Translations under genes and position numbers: made by a program
IMG/VR virus record: IMGVR_UViG_3300047471_000162
Coordinates: 48,904 to 112,903 of that record
Length of the DNA stretch: 64,000 bases
Direction: 5' to 3' (one strand)
Origin: a virus
Notes under the pieces: model-generated
Told to the model about the DNA's origin: nothing
Databases searched by the model: none
The model's input: only the letters and a program-made list of their open reading frames with translations
In this document: positions 38,313 to 47,729 of the stretch, piece by piece
Position numbering within the stretch: position 1 is the first letter of the stretch
How the letters are laid out: each line of letters begins with the position of its first letter

Positions 38313-39303
38313 GCTCAGCGGACGACTAGCAGATTATGCTAATGCTTCTAAGGGAACTCTACTTCTAGGAGATATCCAAGCACATATGATCAAGGAAGCT
38401 TCTAGACCTAGCACACGTAGACAAGACGTTATACACCCCTCTGAGATGGCCAAGACCGGTTGGTGTCCCAGAAGTACCTACGAGCGGATTAAGGCGTGTA
38501 GAGACGCCTCTGACGCCTTCCTGAAGCCTACTGAGCGTGTAGGCGTGCAGCTCCTGAACATCTTCGATGAGGGGCACTACATCCATGACAAGTGGCAGAA
38601 GCGTCTTCGAGACATGGGAGACCTTTGGGGCGACTGGCTCTGTGAGTCCTGTGGAGTAAAGACAAGGAGAGCACTATACCCCCAGAAGTGTTGGGATTGT
38701 GACAGTACCCTAATGAGCTATGCAGAAGTTCCTATGCGTTATCCGAAATTGACTATTAGTGGTCATGCTGATGGTGCTATTCCACGTTTGAATGCCCTGA
38801 TTGAGATAAAGTCTGTAGGCGTTGGCACAGCTAGAATAGAAGCACCTGATATTTATAAGGCAAACTCTGAGGGACAGAAGATTGATCTTCAGGGCTTGTG
38901 GAAGAGTATCAAGGAACCTTTTCCTGCTCACGTTAAGCAGGGCCAATTGTATTTGGCCATTTGTAAGCAGATGGAACTTGATTTCACTAAGATTATCTTT
39001 CTTTATGAGTCCAAGTTCAATCAGGGTGCCAAGGAATTCGTGGTTGACTACGATCCCTCTTTGTCGTATCCTCTACTCCAAGCCGCTGAGTCCATCGTCT
39101 CAGCTCTGGAGGGCTTGACAGACCCACCTAAGTGTCCCTACGATATCTGTAAAGAGTGTGAAATTTATGGCACAAAGAAGTCAGACGTTACAACAGGGTT
39201 GGGGAACTCCTCAGAACAAAGTGAAGTTGAAGGGGCTCAGAGCTCCGGAACGACCATCAGACGAAGCGCCAGACCTACCAGCAGGGTTATCCGACCTTCC
39301 TGA
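38281..39303 (+). CDS. Cas4-like exonuclease (start uncertain)
   Basis: HPSE...WCPR; G..IH; SGHADG...IEIKS; Q.QLY; C....C..C. Confidence 0.85.
   Translation: MATFKTGWGPRLSGRLADYANASKGTLLLGDIQAHMIKEASRPSTRRQDVIHPSEMAKTGWCPRSTYERIKACRDASDAFLKPTERVGVQLLNIFDEGHYIHDKWQKRLRDMGDLWGDWLCESCGVKTRRALYPQKCWDCDSTLMSYAEVPMRYPKLTISGHADGAIPRLNALIEIKSVGVGTARIEAPDIYKANSEGQKIDLQGLWKSIKEPFPAHVKQGQLYLAICKQMELDFTKIIFLYESKFNQGAKEFVVDYDPSLSYPLLQAAESIVSALEGLTDPPKCPYDICKECEIYGTKKSDVTTGLGNSSEQSEVEGAQSSGTTIRRSARPTSRVIRPS
38430..38550. other. Periodic segment (candidate gyrase site)
   Basis: ggcgtgtagagacgcctctgacgccttcctgaagcctactgagcg. Confidence 0.4.
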
Positions 39304-39661
39304 TACCGATTTGATGGAACTTTACACTGAGTTTATTAATTGGACTGGCTATGCCGGATATTTGGCAGCCGAAGCAGATATTGCAGAACGTAAGACTCAA
39401 AGAGTCTTACAACGTGTATCTGATCGATATACCATCGTTCATAAGTCTCAGAAGACAGTAGCCGCAATTAAAGCTTTGGTTCAGCAAGAAGAAGAATATC
39501 AAGAAGCTGAAGATCTTGTTGATGAAGCTTATGCTTATGGAAAACTGATTGGATCGCTATATATCCACTATGAAAAGTGCGGAAATACAGTATCCAGAGA
39601 ACTTTCTCGCAGACTTTCCAGAAATGACTCAGAACGACGTAATAGCAAGTACACCACCTAA
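39167..39661 (+). CDS. Helical hypothetical protein (possible recombination mediator)
   Basis: Coiled-coil ending SRELSRR; overlaps the 3' end of the Cas4-like gene. Confidence 0.65.
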   Translation: MAQRSQTLQQGWGTPQNKVKLKGLRAPERPSDEAPDLPAGLSDLPDTDLMELYTEFINWTGYAGYLAAEADIAERKTQRVLQRVSDRYTIVHKSQKTVAAIKALVQQEEEYQEAEDLVDEAYAYGKLIGSLYIHYEKCGNTVSRELSRRLSRNDSERRNSKYTT

Positions 39662-39669
39662 GGAGATTC

Positions 39670-39846
39670 GTGGGTAAGCACAGTAATAAGCGTTATGCGG
39701 TCCGAATTACTCGTGATGATGATAACGTAGTTTACGAGATTGTTGGTTGGGGAGTCAGTGTAGTGCTCTTTGACGGAAAGACTAAGCGAGAAATTGTAGT
39801 ATCCAATGACGACTTCGCAAGGAACTACAAGGAGGTAGTTCGATGA
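39670..39846 (+). CDS. Small hypothetical protein (MGKH N-terminus)
   Basis: AAGGAG SD with GTG start. Confidence 0.6.
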   Translation: MGKHSNKRYAVRITRDDDNVVYEIVGWGVSVVLFDGKTKREIVVSNDDFARNYKEVVR

Positions 39847-40559
39847 TTGTCACGTTGGTAGCCGCTACAGAATTGGTTGATCTACCTCGCTCTGTAGCGG
39901 GTACGCCGTTTGTAGATGATATTTCACCCAAGTGGCATAATGCTGGTTTTAATGAGAATGCCGATCGACTTGCACATTTTGCAGGTCGCTCCTGTTATCA
40001 GGCTTGGAATATGCCAAATCCAGCTACTGCTGACGATATGGGCTATCTGGCCAATATTCTCAAGCAAGGACACTTCTCTGTGCTTGAACATGGTTCTGCT
40101 ACCTTCTATATTGAGGGTGTAAGTCGTAATCTGACTCATGAGTTGATTCGACACAGGCACTTGAGTTATAGTGAGCTCTCACAACGTTATGTCAATATGG
40201 AAGATGCAGAATTTGTGCTTCCTCCGGCTATGCGAGATACTGAGTATCCTGATATGTTCGGACATGAACGCTTGACGAATGTGTCCAAGGATGAATACGC
40301 TGATGCTGTGCACGATTTGGAGCAACTGGGAATCAAGGGTAAGAAGGCGCGTGAAGCTGCTAGATACTTGCTTCCTAGCGGCATGGAAACGAAGATCGTA
40401 GTCTCGGGTAATCACCGGGCTTGGCGTGATATGCTCCAGAAGCGTTATAGTGTTCATGCAGATGCTGAGATCCGAGAGCTTGCCACAGAGCTACTGAAGC
40501 AGCTGCGATTGCTTGCACCGGGCACTTACCAAGACTTTCCAGAGGAGCCTTTCGCATGA
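39843..40559 (+). CDS. thyX: Flavin-dependent thymidylate synthase
   Basis: GH.SVLEH, RHRHLSYSELSQRY, AREAAR.LLP, R...HA..EIR. Confidence 0.95.
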   Translation: MIVTLVAATELVDLPRSVAGTPFVDDISPKWHNAGFNENADRLAHFAGRSCYQAWNMPNPATADDMGYLANILKQGHFSVLEHGSATFYIEGVSRNLTHELIRHRHLSYSELSQRYVNMEDAEFVLPPAMRDTEYPDMFGHERLTNVSKDEYADAVHDLEQLGIKGKKAREAARYLLPSGMETKIVVSGNHRAWRDMLQKRYSVHADAEIRELATELLKQLRLLAPGTYQDFPEEPFA

Positions 40560-40768
40560 TGGTTGATACCGCTAAGTATGAGTCTCGTTACTATGTTCAC
40601 GAGGCTGATGATGATCCGTTTGGATATGATTACTGCGATACTCTTGAGGGTGCAACTTCCGAAGCTGTAGATAAGGCAGAGGATTATAGTAAGCAGTACG
40701 CTGTAACTGAGGTACTGTTTAGGGAAGTTGGTACCACTCAGGCAAGCGTTACTTTCGAAATGAACTAG
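40556..40768 (+). CDS. Hypothetical protein
   Basis: Coupled ORF. Confidence 0.65.
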   Translation: MMVDTAKYESRYYVHEADDDPFGYDYCDTLEGATSEAVDKAEDYSKQYAVTEVLFREVGTTQASVTFEMN

Positions 40769-40831
40769 TAAAAACTTTTGGGGCTGTGGAGATAATATCA
40801 AAGCAGCCCCTTCTACTATTTGGAGTATAAA

Positions 40832-41182
40832 ATGGATCTTCCTGACGGATTTAAGCGCAAGGAATATATTGAGGTATGGTATGCCGATCTGGGAAAGATT
40901 GCCAGTAAGCATTTTGGTTGCTCTATTGAGATGCACGACGTACTAGACCATCCGAGTCAGGATAGCTATCATAAGCTAGAAGTTCCTTCAGATCGTGACT
41001 GGGAATATATCTGGGATGAAGAGACGCTGGAATATGTAGCAGACCCTAATCGAGGCACGAATTTCCGTGCAGAGCTTGCAGATGGTGTTACGTCATCTTT
41101 GACGCTTGATCTCATGCTGGATTTGCTGTATGATGACGGAATTATCCCGGCTGGAGACTACTTGATTACGATTTGGTGGTAA
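40832..41182 (+). CDS. Hypothetical protein
   Basis: GGAG SD; ends G.IPAGDYLITIWW. Confidence 0.7.
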   Translation: MDLPDGFKRKEYIEVWYADLGKIASKHFGCSIEMHDVLDHPSQDSYHKLEVPSDRDWEYIWDEETLEYVADPNRGTNFRAELADGVTSSLTLDLMLDLLYDDGIIPAGDYLITIWW

Positions 41183-41390
41183 TAATGTTTCCTAGCAAGT
41201 GTACGAAGTGCGGAAAGCTTACTCAGAATAAGAGTAAGATCTGCGCCTTCTGTAAGTTGGTGGCTGATGAGTGATTATGCGGCTTGCGATAGATGTGGAG
41301 AGCGAGCAACTCGTTGGCTAAGTAGTAGTGACAACCCTGAGGGTTCATGGTATTGTAATCCTCACGCCAACGAAGAGACGGAGAAGAAGA

Positions 41391-41555
41391 ATGGCTAAGC
41401 ATACAGAGGATGTATGTACTGAGTGCGGCCGTAGAGAAAAAGATATGACTTGGGTCACCTGGTACAGGAACAAGGATAATACCAAGGGCGCATTACTCTG
41501 TAGGAAGCACGAACTTATCGCAGTTAACAACAAAGTTAGGGAATCACATGGGTAA
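41391..41555 (+). CDS. Small Zn-finger-like protein
   Basis: MAKH...CTECG...LCRKH. Confidence 0.55.
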   Translation: MAKHTEDVCTECGRREKDMTWVTWYRNKDNTKGALLCRKHELIAVNNKVRESHG

Positions 41556-41709
41556 GCATGATAAGAAGGACGAGAATTTTACGTATATCACACCCATTCC
41601 TGATCTATATGTATCAAATGCTAATCGTCATCCTGCAAAGGAAAACGTCGATATTATCGATGCCTCTATTCGCAAGTATCCTATTCCAACACCGGAGGTT
41701 ACCGAGTAA
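41548..41709 (+). CDS. Small hypothetical protein (MGKH N-terminus)
   Basis: 53-aa coupled ORF. Confidence 0.5.
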   Translation: MGKHDKKDENFTYITPIPDLYVSNANRHPAKENVDIIDASIRKYPIPTPEVTE

Positions 41710-41881
41710 TGGATTACAAGGAAATTGAGCGACGTATAGAAGTTATTAATGCTAAGTTAAATACATACACAGATGTACCGTCTACTTCAATAGAAGAAAC
41801 GAGAAATCGGCTACAAAAGATTAAATTTATGCGAGAAGAGCTTAGTTTTCTAAGAGAACAACTTAAAATAGGGAGTAATTA

Positions 41882-42076
41882 ATGTTTGTCGTGTATGAGC
41901 AGCAATGGCAAAATGATGATAGAACTTCTTATCATCGTTCCCCTAGCGATATTCTAGAGTTTGCTGCTAATCAAGACCCCAAGCTAGTACGCTGGGGATC
42001 ACATAAGGAATCCAGAGTGGCAGATAATAGACGTATTAAGAACTTGGATGGTAAGTTAGGTGTTTGGAGAGAGTGA
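41882..42076 (+). CDS. Hypothetical protein
   Basis: GGAG SD. Confidence 0.55.
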   Translation: MFVVYEQQWQNDDRTSYHRSPSDILEFAANQDPKLVRWGSHKESRVADNRRIKNLDGKLGVWRE

Positions 42077-42560
42077 GCTACTAAAGCCCAAGGCTTGGAT
42101 AGGAATAGATCAATCCTATTCAGGCTTTGGGCTTATTAGGATTACAGAAGACGATGTAGTCTGCAATATCTGGGACTTTACCAAGAAGAAGCCCGGGGAT
42201 AGTGAGCGGCTAAGAATAATTATGGATATGGTTTCCCATGAATTATGGTGCTATGAACATAAATATGATTGCTCTTTAGCCATCGAAGGTTATGCTCATG
42301 GTGCTAAGTTCAACAGGGAGAAACTGGGAGAACTTGGCGGCATTGTAAAGTTAGCTATTTATGATGTATTTAAGTTGGAGCCGATCATAGTTCCACCTAC
42401 AGTATTAAAGAAGTACGTCACTGGTAAGGGTAATGCTTCCAAAGCTCAAATGATGGAAGGGGTAGCTAAAAAGTGGGGACCACAATTTGATAATGATAAC
42501 CTTGCAGATGCGTACGCGCTTGCTCAATACTGTAAAGAAAGTATGATAAACTCATCTTAA
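42060..42560 (+). CDS. ruvC: RuvC-like resolvase
   Basis: IGIDQS..GFG, IEGY, ELGG, P..LKK.VTGKGNA.K, N.ADA..LA. Confidence 0.88.
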   Translation: MFGESELLKPKAWIGIDQSYSGFGLIRITEDDVVCNIWDFTKKKPGDSERLRIIMDMVSHELWCYEHKYDCSLAIEGYAHGAKFNREKLGELGGIVKLAIYDVFKLEPIIVPPTVLKKYVTGKGNASKAQMMEGVAKKWGPQFDNDNLADAYALAQYCKESMINSS

Positions 42561-42595
42561 CAACATGCCGCGCCTCCTCGGACGCCTCCTCTCCG

Positions 42596-42640
42596 GAAAA
42601 CCTCTATTCGCCTATGCGGTGAGTAGGGGTTTTCTGTTTT
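42596..42640 (+). terminator. Intrinsic terminator
   Basis: gaaaacctctattcgcc-tatgc-ggtgagtaggggttttc-tgtttt. Confidence 0.75.
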
Positions 42641-42680
42641 AACGGTACAATCAAATGTAGAATACTTTGGTAATATCAAC

Positions 42681-42977
42681 ATGGAGAAATCAATGGTAAA
42701 TAACATGAATCATAATGAGGTACTTCTAAAAGTGAAGTCCTCATCCGCCGCTGCAAACTTAGCAGCAGCAATTGCCAACAATATCTATGCTGGACACGTA
42801 GTAACTCTTAGAGCTATCGGTGCCGCAGCTGTTAATCAATCCATGAAGGCTATAGCTATTGCTCAGTCTTATGTGGGTCCACGTGGTATGGTACTTTCCT
42901 GCCGACCTGGATTTACTACTGTTACTATGGGCGATGGAGATATTTCGGCAATGATATTTCTTATCCTCGTTAGCTAA
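42681..42977 (+). CDS. spoVS: SpoVS-family protein
   Basis: LKVKSSS....LAAAIA...LRAIGAAAVNQSMKAIAIA..YV.P.G..L.C.PGF. Confidence 0.85.
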   Translation: MEKSMVNNMNHNEVLLKVKSSSAAANLAAAIANNIYAGHVVTLRAIGAAAVNQSMKAIAIAQSYVGPRGMVLSCRPGFTTVTMGDGDISAMIFLILVS

Positions 42978-42992
42978 TATTGGAGATGCCAC

Positions 42993-43238
42993 ATGGCTGG
43001 ACAATATAATAGTGGGATGTCTGTAGGTGTAAAGCCTTTCCAGCAGTCCAGCACAAGAACCGGGGAATTTTTCTCTGGTTCTATGCCGACTAGTAACGGA
43101 ACTGCTACTTCTCTACAACAAACTAATCCGGGCGGTTATCGACCTGCATCTGTAATAGGTCAATTTACTTCCAGCCCGAATGGTATGAGCCCCACAACAT
43201 ATGAAGCAAACCGTACTCTTAGTTACTATCGCCAGTAG
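42993..43238 (+). CDS. Low-complexity hypothetical protein
   Basis: GGAG SD; G/S/T/Q-rich. Confidence 0.65.
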   Translation: MAGQYNSGMSVGVKPFQQSSTRTGEFFSGSMPTSNGTATSLQQTNPGGYRPASVIGQFTSSPNGMSPTTYEANRTLSYYRQ

Positions 43239-43248
43239 GAGAAAACAC

Positions 43249-43584
43249 ATGGCAAATATGAATGAACCAGGAACAGGATCTTTCCCTACAATGGGTACCT
43301 CTGCCGCTCAACTATCCCACGTTGCCAAGCCTGAGAAGGGGCGTAGCCGTACACGCGGCACAGGGGGCAAGGGAGGATCCGATGCGGGTATGGGAACCAA
43401 GGCCAACCGTCGCCAGGCATACGGGCACATGGGGGCTTCCCTGCACCCTACAACGACCCTGTATGAGGCCAACGCTGCCTGTGCCTCAGACACTGGTCGC
43501 AACGTTGTACAGATGCCCTCCAGAGCTTCCTGGACAGACAATTGGAGAGGCGCAGCAAAGAAGCTACAGAATGGAGCTTACTAA
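43249..43584 (+). CDS. Low-complexity hypothetical protein
   Basis: AGGAG SD. Confidence 0.65.
   Translation: MANMNEPGTGSFPTMGTSAAQLSHVAKPEKGRSRTRGTGGKGGSDAGMGTKANRRQAYGHMGASLHPTTTLYEANAACASDTGRNVVQMPSRASWTDNWRGAAKKLQNGAY
43325..43490. other. Periodic segment (candidate gyrase site)
   Basis: gcctgagaaggggcgtagccg...gcaccctacaacgaccctgtatgaggcc. Confidence 0.35.
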
Positions 43585-43586
43585 TA

Positions 43587-43928
43587 ATGGATATAGAAGA
43601 GTCTAAAGTAGTTTCTTACTTTGACAAATTCGCCGCAATTTTTGGCTCCATAAAATTCATCGTAGGAATGACGATATTTATCATCGCGTGGTTTTTATGG
43701 AATATATTCGCACCAGCAGGTCTGGGCTTCGACACATATCCATTTATCTTTCTTACTTTACTATTATCTTTACAGGCTTCTTATGCAGCTCCTATTATTC
43801 TTTTCTCTCAGAATAGACAAGCAGAAAAGGATCGAGAGAAATTTGAGATGGATCTTGAATCTGATCTGAAGTCCGAGAAAATGCTTGAGAAGATTATGAA
43901 TAAGTTGGAAATCCCAATAGAGGAGTAG
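43587..43928 (+). CDS. DUF1003 membrane protein
   Basis: FGS..F...WN...FD.YPFI.L.L.LSLQASYAAPIIL.SQNRQ...DR. Confidence 0.85.
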   Translation: MDIEESKVVSYFDKFAAIFGSIKFIVGMTIFIIAWFLWNIFAPAGLGFDTYPFIFLTLLLSLQASYAAPIILFSQNRQAEKDREKFEMDLESDLKSEKMLEKIMNKLEIPIEE

Positions 43929-43930
43929 TT

Positions 43931-44443
43931 ATGAGTAATTGGTCGTACAATTCTCCTGTAGGACAACCAGGATCCACTACTGTAGGCGGTGGCGGTGGAT
44001 TACCTCTCTCAGGGTTCCGCAGCATTCTTGATGCACGTATTGCTATGGGTACGGCCAAGACTCCAGAGGCTCAATATCCTGATGGATATCTTGGATCTGT
44101 TATTGACAGAAGACAGGACAAGCTTCTTCAGACTGTCCGTAATAACGCCAGAAGCTATACAAGAGGAGTACACAAGGGCTCCAAGATTGCACCAGTGGAT
44201 TATTTTTGGCCTGATGATTTTAATCCGATGATTACCCTAAATAATAGGATAGCAGGAAATAACGAAAGATTTTCCGCACCGGGTAATCCTATTGAACGTT
44301 TAGCCCACGGCGGCAAATTTATGAGTCAAGCCGAAGCTAACCAAATCAGACAAGAAATGAACCTACCCCCCGACCCTCAAATGCGATCGGTAGATCCCGT
44401 TATTCGTAGAGAACAATTTAAAAATTTACCTGGTTGGCGCTAG
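43931..44443 (+). CDS. Hypothetical protein
   Basis: GAGGAG SD; YPDGYLG...RRQDKLL...RGVHKG. Confidence 0.75.
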   Translation: MSNWSYNSPVGQPGSTTVGGGGGLPLSGFRSILDARIAMGTAKTPEAQYPDGYLGSVIDRRQDKLLQTVRNNARSYTRGVHKGSKIAPVDYFWPDDFNPMITLNNRIAGNNERFSAPGNPIERLAHGGKFMSQAEANQIRQEMNLPPDPQMRSVDPVIRREQFKNLPGWR

Positions 44444-44469
44444 GACTTACTATCTGCTATACTGGCCAC

Positions 44470-44988
44470 ATGAAACTATGTATTTTAGAAGATTGTGAGA
44501 AGGCTAGATGGGCTAAGGGATACTGTAATGGTCACTATAAAAAGTGGAGAAAATACGGAGATCCCTTAGTTCAGAAAAAGATTAGTATTCCCGTTTCTCA
44601 ATGTTTGGAAGAAGCTTGTGAGGAGCCTTCTAGATATAATCCGGGATATTGCGCAAAACATGGCCAGCGACAGAATAAAAACGGTATAACTGACGATCCC
44701 AAAAAAGGCTGGCATACAAACGCTCAAGGCTATATTCAGATGAATAATAGCTCCAGTCCTTACGCTAACAAGAGCGGAATAGTTTTACAGCACCGTCAAG
44801 TTATGGCGGAAAAGTTAGGAAGAACCCTACTCAAGGGAGAAAATATTCATCATAAGAACGGCAAGCGCGATGACAATAGAGTTGAAAACCTTGAGCTTTG
44901 GGTAACTATACAACCCACAGGACAACGGGCAGAAGATTTAGTAGCCTACGCCCTGGAAATCCTAGAAAGATATGGAACCTATGGGTGA
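44470..44988 (+). CDS. HNH homing endonuclease
   Basis: [21 protein letters not shown]; TATACT 6 nt before the ATG (leaderless). Confidence 0.9.
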   Translation: MKLCILEDCEKARWAKGYCNGHYKKWRKYGDPLVQKKISIPVSQCLEEACEEPSRYNPGYCAKHGQRQNKNGITDDPKKGWHTNAQGYIQMNNSSSPYANKSGIVLQHRQVMAEKLGRTLLKGENIHHKNGKRDDNRVENLELWVTIQPTGQRAEDLVAYALEILERYGTYG

Positions 44989-45280
44989 GATTCAGAATGC
45001 TAACTCAGTGTATGACTACACAAAACCCACTCAAACCTTTGCAGAAGAACTAGTATCTGCTAAGTTACTAGCGAATTCTCAGGCAGAGGCTCAAAATAGA
45101 CGACCACCCGTTCCTAATATAGGAAGAATTACTCCTAGATATGGTTATCGAGTGGATCCGGCTACTATTGAAGATATCCTCAATGTAGATGAGAACTTCC
45201 CAGCTAAGTTCGGTGACTGGTCTGGTACTGTATCTGGATACGAGGGTACCTCTTATCCGAATGTCACATCACAACTGTAG
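44981..45280 (+). CDS. Hypothetical protein
   Basis: ORF in operon. Confidence 0.65.
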   Translation: MGEIQNANSVYDYTKPTQTFAEELVSAKLLANSQAEAQNRRPPVPNIGRITPRYGYRVDPATIEDILNVDENFPAKFGDWSGTVSGYEGTSYPNVTSQL

Positions 45281-45288
45281 AGGTAACG

Positions 45289-45468
45289 ATGCCAAAGAGA
45301 GCAGTAAGCAAGACAGTGAGATCCGATGACAAGAGAGCTACTGGTACCGCCAAGAACAAGCGTGTGGTAAAGTCCCCAGAAGCTAAGAAGACTAGCGTAC
45401 CTAAGGTAGCTGCATTCAAGAAGCAGACACCTGGTGGTGGCGCAGGAAGACCAAAGAAGGTAAAGTAA
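45289..45468 (+). CDS. Very basic small protein
   Basis: MPKRAVSKTVRSDDKRATGTAKNKRVVK...GRPKKVK, 59 aa; GAGG SD. Confidence 0.65.
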   Translation: MPKRAVSKTVRSDDKRATGTAKNKRVVKSPEAKKTSVPKVAAFKKQTPGGGAGRPKKVK

Positions 45469-45716
45469 TGGCTTATCCAAGGTTAAGAAGCATGAATGCA
45501 GACCTAGACAAGGGTGCAACTGACGGTACTTACAAGCAGGTTGCGCCTGACCGTGGTGGTGTAGTAGAGTCAAGCTTCATGGAGATGCGCAGACACCTAG
45601 ATGACGTCTGGCATGGACAGCGTGAAGCGCCTGACAAGTACATCATGGGTCGCTGTAAGGTAGCCAATACGCCTGGCTACTTCCCTACACCTGCACCAGA
45701 TATGGATCGTTGGTAA
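45468..45716 (+). CDS. Hypothetical protein
   Basis: TAATG coupling; RSMN.DL..GATDG.YK. Confidence 0.65.
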   Translation: MAYPRLRSMNADLDKGATDGTYKQVAPDRGGVVESSFMEMRRHLDDVWHGQREAPDKYIMGRCKVANTPGYFPTPAPDMDRW

Positions 45717-45751
45717 GGTTGTAATTGAGCACTCCCCAAGCTACACTGTAC

Positions 45752-46497
<746 letters not shown>

Positions 46498-46502
46498 GCA
46501 CT

Positions 46503-46535
46503 AAGGGGTCAGTCCTTTCCAGGCTGACCCCTTTC
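46503..46535 (+). terminator. Intrinsic terminator
   Basis: aaggggtcag...ctgacccctttc. Confidence 0.75.
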
Positions 46536-46580
46536 TGTTATGATGTACTAGAAACTAAACGTAACTGATAAGGATTATTA

Positions 46581-47117
46581 ATGGCGAACAAGAACTTGAC
46601 AGGCATTTTTATCTGCTTTATCTGTAAGACATTGGAAGATCTTACAAATTATGATCCGGATGAAGCTGATAGGGATACTCGCATCGGTCTATTAGTAGAG
46701 AATCACATGCGTAGACATCCTTCTGTTGAGGATAAGAATGTAACGGATTGGGCTTCTCTAGGATCTGTTCCCACAGAGCATTGGGATAGCAAAGAAACAC
46801 GTAAGGAAATTACCAAGAAGATTCTTGAGGGTAATGGGCTTACTGGTTTTGACGCGGAGTTCTATGCGACATTGGATACGTTCAAGGCAGATGCTCTAGC
46901 TTGTTTCCAAGCGCATGGCAGACCAGCATATAAGGCTCCAGGATGTCAGGATTACCTTTCCAATTCTAAGGAATTGAAGCCTAATACTGCTATTGAGCGC
47001 AAGGCAGCTGGATTGCCTTCCTATGACGATGTCAAGGTAAAGCGATCCTTTTTATGCCAACATTGTCCATACCATTCTGATGCCATTTCCAAGATCCGCA
47101 TGGAGCAGGCCAGATGA
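46581..47117 (+). CDS. Cys/His-rich hypothetical protein
   Basis: CFICK, H...H, CQDY, LCQHCP. Confidence 0.75.
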   Translation: MANKNLTGIFICFICKTLEDLTNYDPDEADRDTRIGLLVENHMRRHPSVEDKNVTDWASLGSVPTEHWDSKETRKEITKKILEGNGLTGFDAEFYATLDTFKADALACFQAHGRPAYKAPGCQDYLSNSKELKPNTAIERKAAGLPSYDDVKVKRSFLCQHCPYHSDAISKIRMEQAR

Positions 47118-47302
47118 AGTTAAATAAAACAACTAAGTGGGGAATTATTCTATCTTCCCTATATTTAGTATTAGCCTTATATATCTCCGTATTCAGATGG
47201 TCGGATGTACAAGGAAATTTAGAAGCATCTTATCTATGCTCGGCACCATTCGTAGCAAGTCATGTATTATTGCACCGTAAGATTAACAAGGCAAATAATT
47301 AG
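47114..47302 (+). CDS. Small membrane protein
   Basis: ATGA coupling; hydrophobic. Confidence 0.6.
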   Translation: MKLNKTTKWGIILSSLYLVLALYISVFRWSDVQGNLEASYLCSAPFVASHVLLHRKINKANN

Positions 47303-47312
47303 GAGAATATAA

Positions 47313-47657
47313 ATGACCAATGAGCAAGAGTTAAACCTGGCGGAGCTTATGGAGAAGATTGGGGAAGATGTAGCCACAGCATTCCTGGTTTATCAAACAC
47401 TTGATGGTAGTTGGACTGCTACCGCTGATTTCCAGGATAAGAATCTCAATCTTGAGCGTAAGGCTACTTTTGACGATATCGTTGGGGGAGCTTCTGCTGT
47501 CCAGGCAGGTTGTATTGCTCAACAGAGTGCTATGCATACAGTTATGCTTATGGAACAGAGAGCAGCAGCTATGCAGCAATACGCCAGAGAGCAGGCTGAA
47601 TCTCAGAAGGTATCCCAATTGATTGATCCAAGTAAGCTGAGAAATCCTAGAGCCTAA
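47313..47657 (+). CDS. Hypothetical protein
   Basis: AGGAG SD. Confidence 0.7.
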   Translation: MTNEQELNLAELMEKIGEDVATAFLVYQTLDGSWTATADFQDKNLNLERKATFDDIVGGASAVQAGCIAQQSAMHTVMLMEQRAAAMQQYAREQAESQKVSQLIDPSKLRNPRA

Positions 47658-47671
47658 TTAGCCTTATTATT

Positions 47672-47703
47672 AAAGGGAGTCCCTAATAAAGGGCTCCCTT
47701 TTC
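47672..47703 (+). terminator. Intrinsic terminator
   Basis: aaagggag.ccct...agggctccctttt. Confidence 0.7.
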
Positions 47704-47729
47704 TTATTAACAGAGGGTAAACTATAACT

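Noticed and set aside
38281-39303. Cas4 as part of a CRISPR system
   Set aside because: No repeat-spacer array or other cas genes; solo Cas4-like nucleases are common in phage recombination modules
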